64,000 nt of DNA from Bacteroidales bacterium (GTDB lineage Bacteria > Bacteroidota > Bacteroidia > Bacteroidales > NBLH01): NCBI GenBank assembly GCA_016937695.1, contig JAFGWC010000123.1, positions 3,286-67,285 on the forward strand, given 5' to 3'. The first letter of the stretch is position 1; every line of letters starts with the position of its first letter. The notes under the pieces were generated by a model, which worked only from the letters and a program-made list of their open reading frames with translations, was not told the origin of the DNA and did no database searches. A program made the position numbers and the translations under genes. Shown here one piece after another: positions 57,808-64,000 of this stretch.

Positions 57808-59001
57808 ATGTTAGAAACTATAATACCTGAAAAAGAACAGGAAAGAGCAATTTTAGTTGGCTTAATTACTCAAGAAAATAACGAAGAAAAAGTTTATGAA
57901 TATTTAGATGAATTAGCTTTTTTAGCTGAAACAGCAGGCGCAATACCACTAAAAAAATTCACTCAAAGACTTGAATTCCCAAATCCTAAAACTTTTGTAG
58001 GATCAGGAAAACTTATTGAAATTTCAGATTTTATTAAAAATAATGATATAGAATTAGTAATTTTTGATGATGAACTAAGTCCTTCCCAGTTAAAAAATAT
58101 TGAAAAAGAATTGATGTGTAAAATTTTAGACAGAACAAACCTTATTTTAGATATTTTTGCTAAAAGAGCTAGAACATCTCACGCCAAAACACAAGTGGAA
58201 CTTGCTCAATATCAATATCTTTTACCTAGACTAACTCGCATGTGGACTCACCTTGAAAGACAAAAAGGAGGTATTGGAATGCGCGGACCAGGCGAAACTG
58301 AAATTGAAACAGACAGACGTATAATTAGGGATAATATTGCTAAGCTTAAACTTCAATTATTAAAAATAGATAAACAAAAAACAGTTCAACGAAAAAACAG
58401 AGGAAAATTAATTCGTGTTGCTCTTGTTGGATATACAAACGCCGGCAAATCAACACTTATGAACATTTTAAGTAAATCAGATGTTTTTGCAGAAAATAAA
58501 CTTTTTGCTACTCTTGATACAACAGTGAGAAAAATTGTTGTCGGAAATCTGCCTTTTCTTTTAACCGATACCGTTGGATTTATTCGTAAGCTTCCACATA
58601 ATCTTGTTGAATCATTCAAATCAACTTTAGACGAAGTCCGAGAATCTGATATATTACTACATGTTGTAGATATTTCTCATCCCGGATTTGAAGATCAAAT
58701 TAACGTTGTAAACAATACTCTTGTCGAAATTGGAGTAAAAGATAAACCCACATACATCATATTCAACAAAATTGATGCTTATAAATACATTAAAAAAGAC
58801 GATGATGATTTAACGCCAATTACAAAAGAAAATTACAGCTTGGAAGACTTAAAAAGTCTTTGGCTTTCAAAAAACAATGAAAAATCATTTTTTATCTCAG
58901 CAAAAAATAAAATTAATATTGACGACCTTAAAGAAAGACTATACGAATATGTTAAAAAGGTTCATATTACTCGTTTTCCTTATAACGATTTTCTTTACTA
59001 A
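57808..59001 (+). CDS. hflX: GTPase HflX
   Basis: 'LSPSQLKNIE', 'ILDIFAKRARTSHAKTQVELAQYQYLLPRL', 'GGIGMRGPGETEIETDRR', G1 'GYTNAGKST', and 'DTVGF', 'NKID'. Confidence 0.93.
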   Translation: MLETIIPEKEQERAILVGLITQENNEEKVYEYLDELAFLAETAGAIPLKKFTQRLEFPNPKTFVGSGKLIEISDFIKNNDIELVIFDDELSPSQLKNIEKELMCKILDRTNLILDIFAKRARTSHAKTQVELAQYQYLLPRLTRMWTHLERQKGGIGMRGPGETEIETDRRIIRDNIAKLKLQLLKIDKQKTVQRKNRGKLIRVALVGYTNAGKSTLMNILSKSDVFAENKLFATLDTTVRKIVVGNLPFLLTDTVGFIRKLPHNLVESFKSTLDEVRESDILLHVVDISHPGFEDQINVVNNTLVEIGVKDKPTYIIFNKIDAYKYIKKDDDDLTPITKENYSLEDLKSLWLSKNNEKSFFISAKNKINIDDLKERLYEYVKKVHITRFPYNDFLY

Positions 59002-59074
59002 AAACAAACTAATAATATATTTTATTAGTAAATTGCAGTTAACATAAAAATATTATATAAAATTATTATTTCTT

Positions 59075-60970
59075 ATGATTAATATTTTCCCTAAAAATAT
59101 ATATACTCCTAGATGGATAATTTTATTAATAGATATGGGCATCACAACTATATCTATTATTTCGGCTTATTTTCTAAGATTCAACTTTGTTTTACCTGAA
59201 GATTATCTTGATGTTAAAAAAACAACTTCTTTTTACTGGGTAATTCCATTTGTTCTATCAGTAAGGCTTTTAAGTTTTTTAATCAGTAAACTTTATACAG
59301 GAATTGTAAGATACACAGGAACTAAAGATGCAGGAAGAATTTTTAATGTTATTTTATTAGGAAGTTTATTTCTAACATTAAGTAACCTTGTAAGTTATTT
59401 TATTACAGATGCTTTTATGATTCCTCATTCTGTAATAGGAATAGATTTACTTGTTAATGTATTTCTTCTAACAGCCTCACGGCTATTTGTTAAATCTCTT
59501 TATATTGAACTATTCACTAATTCTAAAAAAAAGGAAAATGCAGTAATTTTTGGAATAAGCGATTTAGCATTAATCACAAAAAGAACACTTGCAAAAGACT
59601 CAGAATCACAATTAAAAGTTGTTGCTTTTATTGATAATACAGGAAATCAAACTGGTAATAAATTAGATGGATTGGGTGTTTATAGCTCAGAGAAAATTGA
59701 AAATATTTTTGAAAAATACGAAGTAACAACATTAATAATTGCAGATTCAAAATTTGATAAATCAGTAATAAATAATGTTATTAACCTCTGCTTAGACTAC
59801 AAAATAAGAGTGCTCACCTTACCAGATGTAAATCAGTGGATTAATGGTGAGCTTAGCGTAAATCAAATCAGAAAAGTAAAAATCGAAGACCTTTTAGAAA
59901 GAGATTCTATTAAATTAGATGAAGAAAAAATAAAAAAAGACACTCTGAATAAAACAATTTTAGTTACAGGAGCCGCAGGTTCTATAGGTAGCGAAATTGT
60001 AAAACAATTACTACGATTCAAACCAAATTTAATTTTAATTTTTGATCAGGCAGAAACGCCTCTGTATGAATTAGAAATAGAGTTACAAGAAAAACACAAC
60101 TTTAAAAATTTTAAAATAATTATTGGAAATGTTACTGATAAATACAGAATTGAAAAAATATTTGAAACACATAAACCCTCTACAATTTATCATGCAGCTG
60201 CATATAAGCACGTTCCAATGATGGAAAATAACCCAGCCGAAGCAGTGAGAGCAAATGTTCTGGGAACAAAAACACTGGCAGACTTGGCAGTTAAATATAA
60301 AGTCAATAAATTTGTAATGGTTTCTACAGATAAAGCTGTAAATCCAACAAATGTAATGGGTGCGTCTAAAAGAATTGCCGAAATTTATTGTCAAAGTTTA
60401 AATTTTAATTTAAAATCGACTAAATTTATTACAACTCGATTTGGTAACGTTTTAGGCTCAAATGGTTCAGTAATTAATAGGTTTAGAAAGCAAATTGAAA
60501 AAAGAGAAGCTCTAACAGTTACTCATCCGGATATTACTAGATATTTTATGACTATTCCTGAAGCTTGCCAATTAGTGCTTGAAGCAGGCTCTATGGGCCA
60601 AGGAGGTGAAATTTTCATTTTTGACATGGGAAAATCGGTCAAAATTGTTGACTTAGCTAAAAAAATGATTCGACTTTCAGGACTTGAATTAGGAAAAGAT
60701 ATTAAAATAAACTATACTGGTTTGCGTCCAGGCGAAAAATTGTACGAAGAATTATTAAATAACAAAGAAAATACTCTTCCTACGCATCACCCTCAAATAA
60801 TGATTGGTAAAACAAGAGAATATGTTTTTGAAACAATTAAAGAGGAAATTGATTTATTAATAAATATTATTCAGCTAAATAACGATTATTTAATTGTTAG
60901 AAAAATGAAAGAAATAGTTCCTGAATTTCTAAGTCAAAATTCAATTTATGAAGAGCTTGACATTGAATAG
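59075..60970 (+). CDS. Membrane-anchored polysaccharide biosynthesis protein, CapD/PglF/WbpM-like NDP-sugar 4,6-dehydratase
   Basis: Four N-terminal TM segments, Rossmann 'VTGAAGSIGSE', 'YHAAAYKHVP' and 'MVSTDKAVNPTNVMGASKR'. Confidence 0.85.
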   Translation: MINIFPKNIYTPRWIILLIDMGITTISIISAYFLRFNFVLPEDYLDVKKTTSFYWVIPFVLSVRLLSFLISKLYTGIVRYTGTKDAGRIFNVILLGSLFLTLSNLVSYFITDAFMIPHSVIGIDLLVNVFLLTASRLFVKSLYIELFTNSKKKENAVIFGISDLALITKRTLAKDSESQLKVVAFIDNTGNQTGNKLDGLGVYSSEKIENIFEKYEVTTLIIADSKFDKSVINNVINLCLDYKIRVLTLPDVNQWINGELSVNQIRKVKIEDLLERDSIKLDEEKIKKDTLNKTILVTGAAGSIGSEIVKQLLRFKPNLILIFDQAETPLYELEIELQEKHNFKNFKIIIGNVTDKYRIEKIFETHKPSTIYHAAAYKHVPMMENNPAEAVRANVLGTKTLADLAVKYKVNKFVMVSTDKAVNPTNVMGASKRIAEIYCQSLNFNLKSTKFITTRFGNVLGSNGSVINRFRKQIEKREALTVTHPDITRYFMTIPEACQLVLEAGSMGQGGEIFIFDMGKSVKIVDLAKKMIRLSGLELGKDIKINYTGLRPGEKLYEELLNNKENTLPTHHPQIMIGKTREYVFETIKEEIDLLINIIQLNNDYLIVRKMKEIVPEFLSQNSIYEELDIE

Positions 60971-61501
60971 TTAAGAATTAATATCAACTAAACCTTCTGG
61001 TAATTCTATTTTCAATTCTTTTAATTTATCATCTATTTCAATGATAAAATTTTTATTTATTGGAATTAATATTTCTTCGTTTTCCTTTTTCACTACAAAT
61101 AAAGGATTTGAAGGAATATCCATAAAATCAATTATTTTACCAATTAAACCCAAATTAACATCAAAAACAGAATATTTAATTAGTTGTTCAAAGCTAAATT
61201 CATTTTCATTGCTTAATTCATTACAACTTTCTTCAAGCATAATTCTGTAATTCACAATTTTTTTCGCTTTAATTTCGTCTTCAATATTCTCTAAATAAAG
61301 CAATATAGATTTATTATTGAGCACTTTAACTTTTTCTGTAATAAAAAAAGGGACTGGTATTCCATCGATATCAATGAACACTAATCCCTTTTTATTAATA
61401 CAATCTTCAATCAGTTCAATATTGAAATTGCTTTCAATGTTCAAAACTACTCCACCTTCGTATCCATGAGTTTTAATTATTGAACCAATATCTATTTTCA
61501 T
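60971..61501 (-). CDS. rimM: 16S rRNA processing protein RimM
   Basis: 'IGSIIKTHGYEGGVVL' N-terminal barrel. Lies immediately downstream of rpsP, the conserved rpsP-rimM order. Confidence 0.85.
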   Translation of the reverse strand: MKIDIGSIIKTHGYEGGVVLNIESNFNIELIEDCINKKGLVFIDIDGIPVPFFITEKVKVLNNKSILLYLENIEDEIKAKKIVNYRIMLEESCNELSNENEFSFEQLIKYSVFDVNLGLIGKIIDFMDIPSNPLFVVKKENEEILIPINKNFIIEIDDKLKELKIELPEGLVDINS

Positions 61502-61521
61502 AGAAAGAAATATATAAGAAG

Positions 61522-62115
61522 CTATTCTGCAGCTTCTTCTTTTTTGTCTTTAGATTTTTCTTCTACTTTCTCTTCAACTACTGTTTCTTCCACTGTTTCT
61601 TCGACAACAGCTTTTACTTCTTCTTCAGCATTTTCACTTTTTAATTCAGCGGCTAATTCAGAATTTTTCTTTGCAATCGCTTCTTCTCTTTCTTCATTAA
61701 TTTTCTTTTCTAATTCAAAGCGATTTTTTAATTCTGCATTACTAGTATCAGCAAGTTTAGCAATTTTTCCTTGAATTTTAGATTCTTTTTCTTTTTTCCA
61801 AACTTCAAATTTAGCTCTTGCTTGTTCTTCTGTTAATGCTCCTTTTTGAACACCTTTTAAAAGGTGATTAAGATGCATGACGCCTTTGTAAGATAAAATG
61901 GCTCTTGCAGTATCAGTAGGTTGAGCGCCTTTTTGCACCCAGTCTAAGGCTCTATCAAAATTTAAATCGATAGTAGCAGGATTGGTATTTGGATTGTAAG
62001 ATCCTAACCTCTCAATATACTTGCCATCTCGTGGCGCCCGGCTATCAGCAACAATAATGTAATAAAATGCAGCACGTTTACGTCCGTGTCTTGATAATCT
62101 GATTTTTGCAGGCAT
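61522..62115 (-). CDS. rpsP: 30S ribosomal protein S16 with long K/E-rich C-terminal extension
   Basis: '[42 protein letters not shown]'. Confidence 0.95.
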   Translation of the reverse strand: MPAKIRLSRHGRKRAAFYYIIVADSRAPRDGKYIERLGSYNPNTNPATIDLNFDRALDWVQKGAQPTDTARAILSYKGVMHLNHLLKGVQKGALTEEQARAKFEVWKKEKESKIQGKIAKLADTSNAELKNRFELEKKINEEREEAIAKKNSELAAELKSENAEEEVKAVVEETVEETVVEEKVEEKSKDKKEEAAE

Positions 62116-62147
62116 AATTATTTATTTATTTAGTTAAAAAATGAGTG

Positions 62148-62179
62148 CAAAAATAACATTTAAATCCTTAATCAGCAAA
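62148..62179 (-). promoter_or_regulatory. Consensus promoter for rpsP-rimM
   Basis: On the minus strand: TTTG (62176-62179), 20 nt, then TATTTTTG (62148-62155), ending 33 nt upstream of the rpsP ATG. Confidence 0.5.
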
Positions 62180-62303
62180 TTGTTTTAATTTTTTATTTTA
62201 ATATTTTAGAAAATTTTAATATCAAATTTTTATAGAATCATCGCAATTAAATATGTGCCTAAATATCAGATACATAAACACATCACAAAATTAGGTGATT
62301 TTT

Positions 62304-62335
62304 TTTGTCCACTTTCATTTTTTAATTTAAATTTG
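62304..62335 (+). promoter_or_regulatory. Consensus promoter for ppdK
   Basis: TTTG (62304-62307), 20 nt, then TAAATTTG (62328-62335), 68 nt upstream of the ppdK ATG. Confidence 0.5.
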
Positions 62336-62402
62336 TTTGCCGAAATATGGCAAAGTTTGACAATAATATTCTTTAAATAAATCAAATAAAATTTTTTCAA
62401 TT

Positions 62403-64000
62403 ATGGATAAAAAACGCGTTTACACATTTGGAAACGGACTTGCAGAAGGAAAAACAGACATGAAAAACCTTCTTGGAGGAAAAGGTGCTAACCTAGCTGA
62501 AATGAACTTAATTGGTGTTCCGGTGCCTCCAGGTTTCACAATAACGACAGAAGTTTGTACAGAATATAATTCTTTAGGCAGAAATAAGGTTATTGAAATA
62601 CTTAAATCAGAAGTTACTGATGCTATTAGTAACATTGAAAAAATAATGGGAACTAAATTTGGCGATAAAAATAATCCTTGTTTAGTTTCTGTTCGCTCAG
62701 GTGCTAGAGTTTCAATGCCTGGGATGATGGACACAGTTCTTAATCTTGGATTAAACGATGATGCTGTTGAAGGATTAGCTAAAAAAACTAATAACGAGCC
62801 TCTTGCTTGGGATTCATATCGTCGTTTTGTACAAATGTACGGCGATGTTGTTCTTGGAATGAAACCTGCAACAAAAGAAGATATTGACCCTTTTGAAAAA
62901 ATTTTAGATGAAGTTAAAGAAGAAAAAGGTGTTGAAAACGACAACGAACTTTCTGTTGCTGATTTAAAAGAATTAGTTTCTAAATTTAAAATTGCTGTTA
63001 AAGAAGTTACTGGTCATGATTTCCCTAATGATCCTTGGGAACAACTTTGGGGAGCTGTTATGGCTGTATTTGATAGTTGGGAAACCCCACGTGCAGTTTA
63101 TTATCGCAGAATGAATAAAATTCCGGGTGACTGGGGTACTGCTGTTAACGTTCAGGCAATGGTATTTGGTAATATGGGAGCCACTTCTGCTACTGGTGTT
63201 GCTTTTACTCGTGATGCAGGAACTGGCGAAGATTTATTTAATGGCGAATACCTTATTAACGCACAAGGTGAAGATGTTGTTGCTGGTACTCGTACTCCTC
63301 AGCAAATTACAAAAGAAGGTTCATTACGTTGGGCTAAATTAGCAAATGTTACGGAAGCAGAAAGAGCTGGTAAATTTCCATCACTTGAAGAATCAATGCC
63401 TGAAATTTATAAAGAACTTGATACAGTTCAACAAAAATTAGAAGATCATTATTCTGATATTCAGGATTTAGAATTTACTATTCAAGAAGGTAAATTATGG
63501 TTATTACAAACCAGAAATGGTAAAAGAACAGGTGCTGCAATGATAAAAATTGCAATGGATATGTTAAGTGCCGGTAAAATTGACGAAAAAACGGCAATTC
63601 TTAGACAAGAACCTAATAAATTAGATGAACTATTACATCCTGTTTTTGATGGCGATGCTACTCAAAGCGCAATTGTTTTAGCCAAAGGTTTACCTGCATC
63701 TCCTGGTGCTGCAACAGGCCAGGTTGTTTTCTTTGCCGACGAAGCTGAAAAATGGAAAGCAAAAGGAAAAGAAGTGATTCTAGTTCGTATTGAAACATCA
63801 CCTGAAGATCTTGCAGGAATGGATGCCGCAAACGGAATTTTAACTGCTCGTGGCGGAATGACTTCTCATGCTGCTGTGGTTGCACGTGGAATGGGAAAAT
63901 GTTGTGTTTCTGGTGCAGGAAGCATTAAAATAGATTATAAATCGCGTACCATGATTATGGACGGAAAAAGAATTAAAGAAGGCGATTGGATTTCTTTAAA
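62403..64000 (+). CDS. ppdK: Pyruvate, phosphate dikinase (3'-truncated by window edge; absent from the ORF track)
   Basis: My own translation from ATG 62403: 'MDKKRVYTFGNGLAEGKTDMKNLLGGKGANLAEMNLIGVPVPPGFTITTEVC...', later '...FTIQEGKLWLLQTRNGKRTGAAM...' and the phospho-His region 'GILTARGGMTSHAAVVARGMGKCCVSG'. The frame stays open to position 64000. Confidence 0.95.
   Translation, partial: MDKKRVYTFGNGLAEGKTDMKNLLGGKGANLAEMNLIGVPVPPGFTITTEVCTEYNSLGRNKVIEILKSEVTDAISNIEKIMGTKFGDKNNPCLVSVRSGARVSMPGMMDTVLNLGLNDDAVEGLAKKTNNEPLAWDSYRRFVQMYGDVVLGMKPATKEDIDPFEKILDEVKEEKGVENDNELSVADLKELVSKFKIAVKEVTGHDFPNDPWEQLWGAVMAVFDSWETPRAVYYRRMNKIPGDWGTAVNVQAMVFGNMGATSATGVAFTRDAGTGEDLFNGEYLINAQGEDVVAGTRTPQQITKEGSLRWAKLANVTEAERAGKFPSLEESMPEIYKELDTVQQKLEDHYSDIQDLEFTIQEGKLWLLQTRNGKRTGAAMIKIAMDMLSAGKIDEKTAILRQEPNKLDELLHPVFDGDATQSAIVLAKGLPASPGAATGQVVFFADEAEKWKAKGKEVILVRIETSPEDLAGMDAANGILTARGGMTSHAAVVARGMGKCCVSGAGSIKIDYKSRTMIMDGKRIKEGDWISL

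Noticed and set aside
61522-61850. ~110-aa K/E-rich C-terminal extension on ribosomal protein S16
   Set aside because: To my knowledge, long S16 tails are a common feature of Bacteroidota S16 proteins, so this is probably lineage-typical and not novel.
62284-62307. Short hairpin (atcac/gtgat) followed by T8, resembling a + strand terminator in the rpsP-ppdK spacer
   Set aside because: No + strand gene ends upstream of it, and the stem is only 5 bp. The T-run/TTTG is better explained as the -33 element of the ppdK promoter, which has exact 20-nt spacing to TAAATTTG.
62420-62944. 174-aa ORF on the minus strand listed in the ORF track
   Set aside because: It lies entirely antisense to a clear pyruvate,phosphate dikinase reading frame (62403 onward, + strand) and has a low-complexity S/F/P-rich composition. 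It is a shadow ORF. The same applies to 63127..63342 (+, out of frame) and 63658..63885 (-).
1-64000. CRISPR arrays, rRNA genes, IS elements, prophage or integrative-element genes
   Set aside because: I looked for regularly spaced direct repeats, transposase/integrase-like ORFs and rRNA-like GC-rich stretches and found none.

Overview
AT-rich (about 30% G+C by eye) chromosomal segment, apparently from a low-GC, probably anaerobic member of the Bacteroidota. Three observations support that placement. Two very large secreted proteins end in T9SS-type C-terminal sorting domains. The TonB paralogs carry the 'MPEFPGG' motif. Several genes sit behind the Bacteroidota promoter consensus TTTG-N19-21-TAnnTTTG.

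I can support about 50 CDS. Two are cut by the window edges: a LytS-type kinase at the 5' end and ppdK at the 3' end. ppdK is absent from the supplied ORF track. There is also one tRNA-Ala(GGC), about ten hairpin terminators and a few promoter/operator candidates. I saw no rRNA, CRISPR array, transposase or integrase.

Housekeeping content:
- Energy and carbon metabolism: frd/sdhCAB, methylmalonyl-CoA mutase mutAB and ppdK, which together look like a succinate/propionate-type anaerobic metabolism.
- Translation: lepA, hflX, rimM and rpsP.
- Envelope and cofactor genes: lpxH-like, ubiX, nhaC, a CapD-like dehydratase and a dihydropyrimidinase.

Accessory or less ordinary content:
- A 3519-aa T9SS cargo protein.
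- A 1086-aa multidomain C10 cysteine protease followed by a lipocalin-like lipoprotein.
- A TetR-headed seven-gene cluster encoding a LolA-like protein, three FtsX permeases, an ABC ATPase and a beta-barrel. Its middle permease carries one in-frame TAG, and its intergenic spacers share repeated sequence modules.
- A BlaI/BlaR1 pair, in which the sensor has a degenerate M23-like C-terminus, followed by two TonB paralogs.
- A RelE/ParE toxin-antitoxin pair.
- An AsmA-like protein with a C-terminal array of 11-residue repeats.

I found nothing I can call a new defence or mobile system with confidence. The best candidates for uncharacterised biology are the Lol-like cluster, the giant cargo protein and the BlaR1-TonB module. 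All functional calls rest on motif recognition by eye, with no database search.
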